From a virus (taxonomy: Duplodnaviria; Caudoviricetes), in IMG/VR virus record IMGVR_UViG_3300020470_000012, positions 1 to 53,434 of that record: 53,434 nucleotides of DNA. The stretch is one strand, 5' to 3'. Made by a program: the position numbers and the translations under genes. Under the pieces are notes generated by a model. The model searched no databases and was not told where the DNA came from. It saw only the letters and a program-made list of their open reading frames with translations. Of the stretch, positions 34,101-46,000 are shown piece by piece. Positions within the stretch are counted from its first letter, which is position 1. Each line of letters starts with the position of its first letter.

Positions 34101-37100
34101 GCTGGAAATACTTTAACATTCAATTTACAAGGAGAAAATAAGGATTTTGGTGGATTCTCTACTGCGAATTATATTGCCGTAGTAAAAGAAAAAGGTACTA
34201 GTGGTATAGATGTTGGTGACGTATTGAATCTATCTTCATATGAATTTTCAAGAACTTTAGCTACTCCATCCGTAAACTCTCAAGTTACATGGTCAGGTCT
34301 TCCTGATGAATGGAAAGGTGCAACTATAAAGGTTCAGGCTCCTGTAATAATTAGAAATGCTCAACCAAGATCAAAAATTCTAAAGAATGCTCAGTTGCCA
34401 GTTTCAACTTTTAGAACTGATGATATAATCAATCTAAAGAAAACTGATGGATTTAGAATAAATGGAGTCTATATGTCTGGTGATCCAGATGCACTTGCTT
34501 CTGTAAATGATATTGATATTCAAGATAGATTCCTATTTGATAATGGTCAAAGAGATAATTTCTATGATATAGCGAGACTTATTAGAAAGGCTGGTACAGA
34601 AGAACCTTCTGGTCAATTACTAGTAGATTTTGATTATTTTGATCATCAGAATGATGGACATTTCTTCTCAGTTGATTCGTATATCAATGCATCAAACTTG
34701 ACACTGAATTATGGAGATGTTCCAACATACTTATCTGAAAGAGAAGGTCTACTGTCTCTTAGAGATTGTGTTGATTTTAGATTATCACCTAATGATGAAG
34801 CTCTAGGTCAAATTGCTGGTGCAGAGGATCAGAATGAGACAGGTGCTCTTTCATATACAGATATTGAAACATTTATGCCGACTCCATCAGAGTCTATTGA
34901 GTTTACGTATGATTTCTATCTACCAAGAAAGGATAGTATATATTTGACTAAGAAAGGTTCCTTTGAAGTTGTACAAGGTGTTCCTTCTATAATACCTCAA
35001 TATCCAAATCCAATTCAGGATTCTATAAGATTATTTGATTTGGATGTACCTGCTTATACATTCAACCCTAAGAGTGTAAAGATTAGATCGTATAATCATA
35101 GACGTTATACGATGAAAGATATTCGTGAACTTGATAGACGTATTGAAACTATGGAGTATTATACTACTCTTAGTTTACTAGAACAAGATACGTTGAATGT
35201 TAATATCAAAGATTCTGTTAGTGGATTGGATCGTTTCAAATCAGGTATTATAGTTGACAATTTTGCTGGACATAATATAGGTGATACATGGTCAACAGAG
35301 TATAAGTGTTCTATTGATATGCAGTCTCAGCAATTGAGACCTCAACATCATACTGATGAAATTCATTTATCTGAAAAATTATCAGATGATGATTCTAGAG
35401 CTTCTAAAGGATATAAAAAGTCAGGTTCTATTGTAACTCTTGATTATTCTGAACAAGAAGTTATTAATAACCCATTTGCTACAGAAACAATAAACCTCAA
35501 TCCATTCTTAGTTTTCCAATATAAAGGAAATTTAAGTATGAATCCTGACATTGATGAATGGAAGGATACCGTATCAAGACCAGATCTTGTTGTAAGAGAT
35601 AATAATCTTTTTGATACCATTGAAAATATGGCAGATGAAAGAGGAGTTCTTGGTACTGTTTGGAATGAGTGGCAAACTTCTTGGAGTGGATCACAAACTC
35701 TTGCATCATCATCTACAACTACAAGTAATAATTCTCTGAATGGTCTAAACACAGGTAACAATACATTTGTTACAGGTATGGAGACAACTGCTACATCTTC
35801 TATTACAGGTAGAACCAGAACTAGAACAAGAACAGGAACCAGAAATACTCTTTCTGGATTCGATACTGTTCGTCAAAATTTTGGAAATCGTGTAATTGGT
35901 GTTGCTTTCCAACCATTTATGAGATCAAGACCTGTTGCTTTCTCAGTAACATCATTGAAACCAAATACAAGAGTCTATGCATTCTTTGAAGGTATTGATG
36001 TAAATGCATGGGTATGCCCAGACTCAGTATATACTGGTAATGCATTAAACTCTCCTAAAGGATTTGGACAACCAATAGTTACAGATGATAATGGTAATGT
36101 AAGCGGTATACTTATTATTCCTAATGGTCATTCTCCAGTTGGAACATTTACTACTGGAGTTGCATCTGAACTTGCTACTAGAGGAATTTCTGGTGATGAG
36201 TTAGATAGAAGAAGAGTATCACAAAGTTCTTCTGATGAAGCATATAACTATCAAAACTTTACAGGAGTATTTGAAGATCTAATTTACGATACTACCAGCA
36301 CACAAAGACAGTTTAGAGTTGGAGAAAGGACTTTTAGATTAACTTCTAGTTCTACTAATAGTCAACTTGAAGATCAGGTTGATACTTTTGCAGAAAAGGA
36401 ATACTTTGCAATGGGTCTTCTTGAGACTACTGAAAGAACTATTACATCTACAAGGGTTCCTACTATTGCCCAAAGATCAGTTAGTGATTCTGATTCAGCA
36501 CAATTTATTGATGGTATTAGAACTACTGTAGATACTAACGTAAATACTCAACAGATATGGTCTGACCCTGTTGCACAAACCTTCTTAATTGAAGGATTCC
36601 CAGATGGTTTGTTCATGTCTAGTTTGGAAGTCTTCTTCAAGACTAAGAGTAAGACTGTACCAGTTACATGTTATTTGACTGAAACTTTGCAGGGAACTCC
36701 TGGTAAGAAAGCAATTCCATTTAGTACAAAAACTATCAATCCAGATACAACATTAAGAGTTGTTAGTGATGCTCCTGTAAACTTTGTTGCTGGTGAAACT
36801 ATTATTGGTATGACTTCTGGGGCTACTGGTACAGTAAAAGATAATCTAAGTATAGAATCAACAACTGCTACAACTAACTTTGGAAATACTGTTTATAGTT
36901 TAGTATTAGATGATCATAATGGCAAAACATTTGTAGAGAATGAAATTCTATCTATCCAAAGATTCCCAGAACCAACTGCGGTAACTAGGATTGCAAGATC
37001 TACTTTTGCTGTCAATAATATTGAATTGTCTCATGGTGGTAGTAATTATACTACTGCAAGTGTTACTATAGGTGCTCCTCAGCAGGTAGGCGGTGTTCAA

Positions 37101-39788
37101 GCAACTGCTATTGCACATATTGATGATGTAACTAAACAAATAATAGATGTTGTTGTAACTAATGCTGGATCTGGATATACATCTGAACCTTCAGTTTCTA
37201 TATCTGGTGATGGTTCAGGAGCACTTGCTCTCACTAAAATAAGAGACGAGTATCCTTCAGTTGATATGGGTGTGTCTGTATCAGAGGATGCAAGTTCTGG
37301 TACTACATTTAAATTTGATGCTCCAGTTTATCTTGAAAATAATAGAGAATATGCGTTTGTTGTAATAACAAATACTATTGATTATAATATGTTTATTTCC
37401 CGATTGGGTGAGAATGAAATTGGATCTACTCAAAGAGTTTCTACTCAGCCATATCTAGGATCTTTATTCAAATCACAGAACTCTACAGTGTGGACTGCTG
37501 ATCAGTTTGAGGATGTTAAATTTACTCTCAATAGAGCAAAGTTTATTACAAATTCAACTGCAACTGTAGAATTCACTAATGATAAACTTAAGAGTGAATT
37601 ATTAGGTAAATCTCCTTTAGATACCAATAAACTTTCTTACAGAGGTCAAACTAACGTTGGTGAAGGAATTTTCACTAGTGCAACTGCACCATTGTCTTAT
37701 GCAGACAATCTATTTGGTGCTAATCCAAGAATTGTTATGGTACATCATAGAGATCATGGTATGACCAATGGCGATTATGTTGTATTGAGAGGTGTTACTG
37801 GTGTTGGATCTACAGATCCTTTAGCAAATGGTATTGCAGTTTCTAAATTGAATTCAGTACATAAAATTAGTAATGTTGGATTAGATACTTATTGTATTGA
37901 AATACCTAAAGATAGTAATAGTGAATATGATCAAGCAACAGAAAGTGGAAGATGTGGTAGTGATTTTATTTGGGCTACTAAGAACAAACAGTTCCAACTT
38001 TTACAACCTCAAATAGGTATTCTTCAGTTTGCAAGTAATGCAGTAAGTCATACAATTACTGCACTAAGATCTTCAGCAGTTGATTATGTCAATAGTAATG
38101 ATTTGACACAACATAGTTTTTCTGTTGTTCCTGGAGAAAATATATTTCTTCAAGATAACTATCAGATTCTTTCTGAGATTAATGAAGTTTATCAAAATAA
38201 AGGTAATAAATCATTGACATATAATGTGACAATGAGTACTTCTAATGATGCAGTATCTCCAGTATTGGATCTTGAAAGAGTCAATCTTTATGCAACATCA
38301 AATAGGATTGATAGACCTACTCAAGATGATGATAGGTTTGGTTATAAAGTTTATAGAATATATCCATATAGCAACACTCCTTCTGGTGGTGGTGAGAGTA
38401 GTTTAGGTCCAATATCTAATAATGGTGATGTATTGAGTGTTGGTCAAAGAATAATCAATATGTATAAGACTGATGCTAATGGTATCAGAGATTACAGTCC
38501 TTCTGCAAATTCAGATCCAAATATAACTGGTACAATAGAAGCAGAAATTGTAGCTGTCAATCAAGATGAAAATTATATTGATGTAAGATATCTAAAACGT
38601 CCAGAGGAAGATTTGAAGAATGGTACTGCAACTGTTCTAACTAAAGGTCAGAGATTTGGTCCAGAAATTGTCGGATCTCCAGCATTGACTCCATTTGCAT
38701 TTGTTGTTTTAGGTGGATCTGATGTATTCTATATTCATACAGATCCAATTAATCGTGGAGGATATCTCTACAACAATGAGGAAGAGAGTGCAATGGGTGC
38801 TCATAGTGCTAAGTATCAAACTAAAGTTGTAACTCTTGAGAATCCTGCTCAAAATCTTGATGTTAGAATAACTGCTAACATGTTTGATAATAAAGATGTT
38901 CAGTTGATGTACAAGATTAAACCAGTCTCTTCTGATAAGAGTATGGGTACTCAATCTTGGCAGTACTTTAATCCTAAGTATACTGCTGCTTCTACGTTGA
39001 AAGACATTGTGGTTGTTGATGGAGGTTCAGGATATTCTACTGCACCTACACTTACAATTACTCCTAATAATGGAGCAACTGCAACTCCAGTTATAGATAC
39101 TTCATCAAATTCAGTAAAAAGTATTTTGATAACTAACAGAGGATCTTCATTTACTGCACCACCAAAAATAACTATTGATGCTTCAACTGGTGGTGGTGGA
39201 TCAGGAATGGCAACACTTAATTTGATATCTGGTGGTAATACATATAACCCTAACAGTGGAACTCTTACATACACTGGTAAATCAGTTATTTACTCTACTG
39301 ATTCTCCAGTGACATTACCAAATGCAGGTAATTCTGGAACGGTAGATGTTACTGTTCTAAATGGAACTGTGACCTCAGTTAGTATCAATGCAGCTGGACA
39401 AGGTTATAGTATAGGTGAAATTCTTACACTTGATCCAAACTTTGATACTGATGGATTGGGTAGTGGATTGAAATTTGAAGTTACTGGTATTAGTACTAGT
39501 AATGCACCTAGTGGTCTAGCAGTTGCAGAGGCTTCTATTTTCCCTGTAGATTTTGATGAAGATCTTAGTGGTCTTTCTGATGATTATGAAAATATTGAAG
39601 TTGATGATGTTGCTGTTTTAGATCCACTTGCAGAGAATCCAGATTCATACAAAGAATATAAATTTACAGTTGAAGATCTACCAGAATTTGATAGATTTGC
39701 AATCAAGATTATTATGAAGCAAAATAGTTCTAGGGGACCTGCGTTTGTTCCTAAGATTGAAGACTTTAGATGTATTGCTACTGCATAA
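31152..39788 (+). CDS. vrlC: VrlC-like (DUF4815-type) large virion structural protein
   Basis: MPQ.TNLNV.PYYDDF, RVLFRPG..IQSRELT, APGAHRLKI, LARRTYDESGDY, RIETMEYYT.LSLLE, RFKSG..VDNF and DPVAQTF motifs. Confidence 0.88.
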   Translation: MPQSTNLNVTPYYDDFQSSKDFYRVLFRPGYSIQSRELTTLQSVLQNQVESVGKYLMKEGSMVVPGEISFNNQYSYIKISSYSQGFTLSQFLGATLTGQTTGVIAKVLNVTDETSSDAVTFFVRYESSGTSTTNRRFQEGEIVSTDIVGSPTAVIGITGSTRPTVYKPYGAGADVSLEQSPATGYGSAVFVQEGIYYINGHFVRNSAQTLVVDKYTSTPSARVGFLVQEDLITPDEDESLNDNASGFSNYAAPGAHRLKITLTLASRNIGEAVENNFIELLRIKDGQIERKVEKQSWSDIEEILARRTYDESGDYVVKNYNLEIKNHKDDRTNNGVYPLGTDGLYNKLTSEESDDKIVAALSPGKAYVRGYEIENIGTKYKTFDRARETLTRERASISIPVGSSLNIQNVLGSPEVDSLQAHSTSAHSQVKLYNRFIDSYLGNTKSNRGEPPAVRYLLHLENLDAQNQYNWNPTSGAPAAVETRNQNGGPSRATIIPGSAVKLDATAPVGTLQNGSATSNICDEWLMVVSLDSGQERMDSGLNIEDVNSGGVASGTARSILRGVYELNTKPVGVATPKFIKNVSSVTDSFGRLASGANRDSIFQLGIFDTSTFVSIKVHSNKTHGKYTSGVKTEGARITGMSSGAQGVVEGSYSGDGYDEILLSNVKGKFVSGENIVTDPDNSVSSAGRVSTATIITDGSIRKIHVVDSGTSYSTVGNNPTSTHELAVGIGLYRDGSDWYNGHAIKFNRDVGSVIYPYKCTPNTDGGLQAIEIDNGGATGDIFPNEWSYLSPKPKTFGSVPTAMILSDGVAATLKVELWNDCINTYTMKDVKSVSDFANTFNFTADVITDNSGFYNFTEVGQATGVSGNDYFELASITVDPTRLLKEDDLIKIISDKGKEFRYIVKYAHRSSSTTPGRVYIHGPLIEGATNAQVVKVEAKINDGNRNSLIFKCPDPVVKTVAKDPTKSGFMLKCVKNFASTVSAGNTLTFNLQGENKDFGGFSTANYIAVVKEKGTSGIDVGDVLNLSSYEFSRTLATPSVNSQVTWSGLPDEWKGATIKVQAPVIIRNAQPRSKILKNAQLPVSTFRTDDIINLKKTDGFRINGVYMSGDPDALASVNDIDIQDRFLFDNGQRDNFYDIARLIRKAGTEEPSGQLLVDFDYFDHQNDGHFFSVDSYINASNLTLNYGDVPTYLSEREGLLSLRDCVDFRLSPNDEALGQIAGAEDQNETGALSYTDIETFMPTPSESIEFTYDFYLPRKDSIYLTKKGSFEVVQGVPSIIPQYPNPIQDSIRLFDLDVPAYTFNPKSVKIRSYNHRRYTMKDIRELDRRIETMEYYTTLSLLEQDTLNVNIKDSVSGLDRFKSGIIVDNFAGHNIGDTWSTEYKCSIDMQSQQLRPQHHTDEIHLSEKLSDDDSRASKGYKKSGSIVTLDYSEQEVINNPFATETINLNPFLVFQYKGNLSMNPDIDEWKDTVSRPDLVVRDNNLFDTIENMADERGVLGTVWNEWQTSWSGSQTLASSSTTTSNNSLNGLNTGNNTFVTGMETTATSSITGRTRTRTRTGTRNTLSGFDTVRQNFGNRVIGVAFQPFMRSRPVAFSVTSLKPNTRVYAFFEGIDVNAWVCPDSVYTGNALNSPKGFGQPIVTDDNGNVSGILIIPNGHSPVGTFTTGVASELATRGISGDELDRRRVSQSSSDEAYNYQNFTGVFEDLIYDTTSTQRQFRVGERTFRLTSSSTNSQLEDQVDTFAEKEYFAMGLLETTERTITSTRVPTIAQRSVSDSDSAQFIDGIRTTVDTNVNTQQIWSDPVAQTFLIEGFPDGLFMSSLEVFFKTKSKTVPVTCYLTETLQGTPGKKAIPFSTKTINPDTTLRVVSDAPVNFVAGETIIGMTSGATGTVKDNLSIESTTATTNFGNTVYSLVLDDHNGKTFVENEILSIQRFPEPTAVTRIARSTFAVNNIELSHGGSNYTTASVTIGAPQQVGGVQATAIAHIDDVTKQIIDVVVTNAGSGYTSEPSVSISGDGSGALALTKIRDEYPSVDMGVSVSEDASSGTTFKFDAPVYLENNREYAFVVITNTIDYNMFISRLGENEIGSTQRVSTQPYLGSLFKSQNSTVWTADQFEDVKFTLNRAKFITNSTATVEFTNDKLKSELLGKSPLDTNKLSYRGQTNVGEGIFTSATAPLSYADNLFGANPRIVMVHHRDHGMTNGDYVVLRGVTGVGSTDPLANGIAVSKLNSVHKISNVGLDTYCIEIPKDSNSEYDQATESGRCGSDFIWATKNKQFQLLQPQIGILQFASNAVSHTITALRSSAVDYVNSNDLTQHSFSVVPGENIFLQDNYQILSEINEVYQNKGNKSLTYNVTMSTSNDAVSPVLDLERVNLYATSNRIDRPTQDDDRFGYKVYRIYPYSNTPSGGGESSLGPISNNGDVLSVGQRIINMYKTDANGIRDYSPSANSDPNITGTIEAEIVAVNQDENYIDVRYLKRPEEDLKNGTATVLTKGQRFGPEIVGSPALTPFAFVVLGGSDVFYIHTDPINRGGYLYNNEEESAMGAHSAKYQTKVVTLENPAQNLDVRITANMFDNKDVQLMYKIKPVSSDKSMGTQSWQYFNPKYTAASTLKDIVVVDGGSGYSTAPTLTITPNNGATATPVIDTSSNSVKSILITNRGSSFTAPPKITIDASTGGGGSGMATLNLISGGNTYNPNSGTLTYTGKSVIYSTDSPVTLPNAGNSGTVDVTVLNGTVTSVSINAAGQGYSIGEILTLDPNFDTDGLGSGLKFEVTGISTSNAPSGLAVAEASIFPVDFDEDLSGLSDDYENIEVDDVAVLDPLAENPDSYKEYKFTVEDLPEFDRFAIKIIMKQNSSRGPAFVPKIEDFRCIATA

Positions 39789-39789
39789 A

Positions 39790-40005
39790 ATGGATTATAG
39801 AATAGAGGGTCGATCTGACCTTTTGAAGGATCCCTCTAAGGGATCTGTAATCAATACAGACAAGACTGCATATCAGAGATACTTGCAGTCTAAAAGTCAG
39901 AATATGAAATTTCAAAATGCGGTAAGCGATATAAATAATCTAAAGGCAGAAGTCTCTGAAATAAAAACGTTACTAACGGAATTCCTTAAGAAGAATGGCA
40001 ACTAA
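39790..40005 (+). CDS. Small coiled-coil protein following VrlC (MDYRIEGRSDLLKDP..GSVINTD...)
   Basis: Track ORF 39745 restarted at ATG 39790, just after the VrlC stop; position recalled as typical. Confidence 0.85.
   Translation: MDYRIEGRSDLLKDPSKGSVINTDKTAYQRYLQSKSQNMKFQNAVSDINNLKAEVSEIKTLLTEFLKKNGN
39930..39937 (+). promoter_or_regulatory. T4 late promoter TATAAATA
   Basis: Exact consensus about 57 nt before the start at 39995. Confidence 0.65.
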
Positions 40006-43000
40006 TAAAGTACTACTAACCAAAGCAGCGTCTAATTCAAAGACCTTACAACAAATTGCCGATGACGTTGTTGCCAAGGTAGCTGGTTCTTCGTTGGTAA
40101 AAATTCTCGTTAGTCAAGATACGATTATATTTGATACCGATAATAGCAGAACCCAAGCACAGTTGAAGACTGGAATTGATGATCTGAATCATGGTAAAAC
40201 GTATCTAGATCATGAAAATTTTAAATTTTTAGGAACCAGATCTACTGTTGTTCCAGGAGTAGGTTCTTCACATTATTGGCATTTAGATGCTATTACTAGA
40301 CTTAATTATCAGGCTGCCAAAGCGGCTGGAAATGTAACGACATATTCTACAAGTAATGAAGGTGATGAAGTAGATATCTATATTTTAGATAGTGGTGTTA
40401 GAGGTGCTAGTAGACCAACAGGAGTTGATGTTGGATTACATCCAGAATTTTATAATCCAGATAATAATACAAACTTAAACGGAACTTCAGAACAAGCAGA
40501 TTATAGGGTATACGAACTTCCATCTGCTTTATATACTTCACCTGCTACTGGTGGATCAAACGAACCACAAAGTACAGGTAGTAATTCATCAGATGGTCAT
40601 GGTACTTATGCTGCTATATGTGCTGCTGGTGTTCGTGCTGGTGTAGCAAACAAAGCAAGAATTTATTCAGTCAGGATCAGTGATGATACTGGTGTTATGT
40701 CTTATAGTAGTATAAGAACTGCATATGATGCTGTCTATAATCATAACGATCCGACTCATGCAAATTACAAAGGAAATACTCTTGATGGTAATACTAGACC
40801 AAGACCTTCTATAGTTAACTGTAGTTTTGGTAGCACACTTCCTAATCCATTAAGTCCTTGGGTTGATAGAAATGAGAGATATGTCGGACAAAACTATACT
40901 TTCAATGTTACTGCAACAGGTAACTCAAACTATACTATTAGTGGAACTGATGCTAATGGAGCAGTATCAGGAGACGACCCAAACATCTTCTGTAAAAAAG
41001 GAGACACCCTAACATTCACAATGAATGCTTCTGGGCATCCTTTCCATATTCAGACTGGTGGAGCTTCATATAATAATAGTTTAGCTGCTGGTGGTGTTAG
41101 TGGTGCTGGTAATGCTGCTAGTGGAGATGTTGTATTTGATACTGCACATGGATGTGTAGGTAAAGCTAGTGGATCATTTATATATGTTTGCCAAAATCAT
41201 GCATCGATGCTTGGAAACATTTATGTAGAGCAATCACCAACTACTAATAATGGTACTAATGAACTATTAGATGATGGTGAACATATGTTGGGAATGCTCA
41301 AGAACGTTACTGTTTGTAGATCTGCTGGTAATGGATTAGATTTTGAGTTGAATGATGTACCTACTGATTATGGTCCTGTCAATACTAAGGTTGTGTATGG
41401 ATCTAGGTCTACTGGTCAAGATTCAAAACTTGATGCAGAAATTACTTTAACAGATAATTATTCTAGAAGAGGAGAACAAGTTGGATATGGAGAAGAAGAT
41501 ACTTCTGATGTTATTACTGTAGGTGCTCTAAAAATTGGATCATCAAATAAACTTGAATTCGCAGACTTTACCAATTATGGTGAAGCAGTTACTGCATATG
41601 CACCAGGACAAGGTATCTATCTTCCATCTTATGATTGGTCATCAGGAACTGTAACCAATGTTGATTATTCTAATGGTAATCATATAACCATCAGTGGAAC
41701 TTCTTTTTCATCTCCAATTGTAGCTGGAATGTCTGCTATCTTCAGACAGATTCATGATGGAGCAGCAGAGGGTAAAGTATGTGCTAAATGGGCAGCAGAA
41801 AGAAGATATCAATTTGCAGATCTTGATGATAGTACTGATATAGCATCAACTCCAGTAGGGGGTTGGTTGAATAATACAGTTGTTAGTGATGGTGCTGCTA
41901 CTACAAACTTCTTCACTGATCATAATACTGAAACTCATTACAGATTCAAGACTAATGCAGGAACTAATAATATTGTAATGCAGTTGACAACTGGGGAATA
42001 TAATATTATAGGTCCATCAGTTGATGATATTTTTGAATTTGAATTTCCTAGAGTAGAAGATTCTCCTAATGCTCCAGATGTGAACTCATTGATGAGAGCA
42101 CAGATGAAGAAGGATACATTTAACCTTGGAGAAAGAAGAGATTATAAATTTACAGTTAGTAATCCAGGTGGAGGAAATAAACTTACTTGGGATAGAATGC
42201 AAAATGGTGTTCCTAATGGAAACCCACAAGCAGGAATACCATTGGAATTAGATAATGGTGTTGTTTATCGTTTTTATCAAACTGATCCAAGTAACTTAAC
42301 TCATCCAATTGACATATCAGATACTTCAGATGGTACTCATGCTGGAGGAAAATCTTTTGTAGATTATGTAGATCAGGTTATTGGTAAGGGTGCTCATGGT
42401 TATAGGATGAACCTTAAATATTATGTTGATCAAGGTGGACTAACTCAAGTTGATAAGACAACATATGATAATTTAGCTGGTTCTGGTCCTGAGTGTTTTA
42501 TTGAATGGATCAACCCAATGGGTAATACACACCCAGATGTAGATTCTTCTGTATATCCAACAGATTGGCATTACTATTGTGTAAACCATCCAGGTATGGG
42601 TTCAGGAATAATTCAATCTACATCTAATAGTGGATTTGGTAATACAACTGAATGTACTATTGGTGGAATAGATATTCAAGAGTTCTGTAGTAAGTGGAGA
42701 AAAGTAACAGCTGTATCTAGTATTGATAAAACAATTACTTTCCAAGCTGATACCACTGCAACTCATACAGAAGAAGGTGGTGGAGGTGGATTCAATAATT
42801 GTCTCGCAGGAGCTGAATATGCCACTGGTGATAAGCCACGTTGGCCAATGCGTTTCACTAAGATTACTGGTACATTCTATGAGAATGATGCTTTCTGGAA
42901 TTGGATCAATAATCATAGTAATGTAGTTAATGGAAATTCATATGCAGGTGGAGCGTTTACTGCTGGTGAATATTGGGCTCGATTAGAAGTAGAAGAAGGA

Positions 43001-46000
43001 GTATCTGATGGTAAGCCAGTTCAGTACTTCCCAGTTCCAAAATCAAGATTTACTCATCAATCAATATCATCAGAATGGGAGAATACACATGCCTATCCTG
43101 ATAATACTTTGTATAATGCAGGTTCACGTTGGGGTCGTGGTAAGTATGATAACGTCCAACATAAATTCGTTCCAGTACCAGAAGAATTTAGTAGAGATCA
43201 TATCTATGATATGATTCCAGTATTCCATCCATATATTGATTTGATTGCTTCTTGGACTACTCCAAGTGGTTTAATCGGAACATTAACGAATGGTACTTCA
43301 GTAAATATAGATTTATCAGTTTCTGCTATTACAACATTTGCTAATGAAACTATAGGAAGTGGACATACACCAGAATATGAATTAGTTTCTGGTGGAGGAA
43401 GAGCTCCTTTCACTTATAGTTCGGGTACTGGTAAGTATACTATAGATGGAACAGGATTGGCGTTGGATCAAACAACTGGAGCATTACAAGGAACTTGTAC
43501 CAATCCAAACAATGATACAACTTATACTCTTCAAGTAAGAGATAAAGTATCTGATCAAGCTATTGATTATAGTTTTACTCTTGTAGGAACTGCTTCTGGA
43601 TCTTCTACAGTTACAATTACTGGAAGTCCTTCTAACGCAACAGGTGATGGTTCATATCCTGTAGATAGTGGAACCGTTACTTATACATGTTCAGCGACAG
43701 ATAGTTTAGGTACAACACTTGAGTATCAATGGAAATACGCAATAAATTCTACACAAGCAAACTTAGGTAATTGGACTAATGTTCCTACTACAGGATCGTT
43801 TGCAGGAGCTGGAGGAGTAAATACAGATACCTTAACCATTCCTGATAATCTATTATTGGATGGTTATCTCTTTAGTTGTGTAGTCAATTCAAGTACTGCT
43901 GCTTCTTCAGAACAAACTGGAAGTGCATCTCTAAGCATAACAGTTACAGTATCATGTACTGCATGGTGGAGTGGTCAAACAAGTCTTTATGCAGCAACTG
44001 AATGTGCAGGAACAAGTGGTACTTGTACACAAGCAGAAGTTGAAATACAAGCAGTTTCTAGTGATGGAGCAACTCTAAATCTTGCACCAGGATATAATTC
44101 AACTCTAACTGGTAATGAAACTGATATCGTTAGTAGAATAGTTGATGGTAATAATTTCTGTTTAGAAGCATTAGGTGGTAATGGTACTAATGGACATCCA
44201 TTATATCGTGTAAAACTTGGATATGGTAGCATTACCTTCAATGATAATAATCAAACAATTAAGATTACTGCTACACACCCAACATTAGGAACAAGTGCTA
44301 CTGCTACTAGTGTAGGTGGTCCATTTACTATAAATCCAAATTATAATGAGAGTCCACCTTCACCTACAACTGCATCGGTACAATCTGGAAATGCTCATTC
44401 ATTTACTGTTTCTTATGGTCATAGTAGTGCAAACTTTGGTGGTGCTGCTGCAACAATTATTTGGAGATATAAGTTAGATGGAGGAGCTGGTTGGGTAACT
44501 GTTGATGGTACTGAATCTTGGTTCTCATCAAGAGATGATTCAACTACTAATAGTTCAACTCTTACAATTGCACCAACAACTACTTTTGATAATTCTATAT
44601 GGCAAGCTACTGCGTATGTTGATACAGCAAGTAGTGGAGTTACAGATACTAAGGATATTGCTAAGTATAGTTCTGTCTTTAGCAATCAGGTAACTCTGAC
44701 AGTACTTGCTGCACCAACAATCAATCTTCAAGCACCTAGTGGTGTTACTCCTGATAATAGTATATCAGTTACCAAAGGTACTCTTTCTGCATCTGAACAC
44801 TTACTAACAATTGTATCAGATGGTTTACCTGACCCTGCTATTCATGGGGCAGATTTTGTAGCTCCAAATGATCTACGAGTTGTAGAGAGAACTCATAGTA
44901 TTATTTACAGAGGTGGTACTAATACTCCATCTCTAACTCCTTGGACTAACAATGCATTAGGTGTATTTGCTAATGGTGTTAGTGTAAGGTATCCATCTGC
45001 AGGAACTGATAAACTTCCTAATGGTGTTGAATCACCTCCTGCAACATTACAGTTCAACGAAGTTCATTTCGCATCATTATATAATGCAGACGCAGCAAGT
45101 GGTTTCTGTGAAACTACTGGTGAATATCATTATCAAACAAGTGCATTCTTATCAGCATGGGCAGGAGATAGTTGGAGAGGAGTTGCTGGTTCAAATGGAT
45201 ATTATAAAAATAGTAATTTTAGTGGAGATAATTTCAGACATTCTGATGGTCACTCTAAGATTGTAGGTATCGCATATGATGGATATCCAATTTATGGTCC
45301 TTTTGGTTATACAACATATAACGATAATACATCTGCAATAAAGAGAGTAACATCTTCATTTGCTCTAAAGGCAAATGACAATCATAGACCTACAAACTGG
45401 AAGTTTACTGATGAGGTTACTTTTACTGACAGTACACCCAATGCGACATTGGTAAATGGAAGTTTCATTGAAGACTATCAGTATAATCCTGGTTCTGGTG
45501 ACTTGGATCAATCTAATGGTAGATATTGTGTAACTCCAGATTATCCAAATGGAACTTATGCATACTTCATGCCCCAAGATGCAGGTAATAATCCACAGTT
45601 TCCATACATTGTTGGTACAGCACTAAGACAGGCATATTACTTACCTGGAACTAATGCTAGTGATCCAGGTGGTACGAATACTCAAGGACCAGGATCTGGT
45701 GGATTTGATATTACCAGTATCTTCTGTAAGGGTATGACAATGGTTGCCGAGACAGGTGGCGATAATACTCGTGAGATTACTGGTGATACTGCGTCAATGC
45801 AATTTGGTTCTGCACCATATACTTATATTTGGCAGAAGAGTAGTGATAATGGAACAACTTGGGTTGATATAAGTGCAGCTGATGCTGGATTCTTCAATGA
45901 GAATAGTGATACACTAACAGTATATGATAAAAATGCAGGTATTGATGATTTACTTGTTAGGATCAAGGTAACAAATAGTTTAAGTGTATATAAGGTTTCT

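Noticed and set aside
35805-35845. RTRTRTRTGTR micro-repeat in VrlC
   Set aside because: Codons vary, so it is not a slippage tract; it fits an extended Thr/Arg-rich strand.
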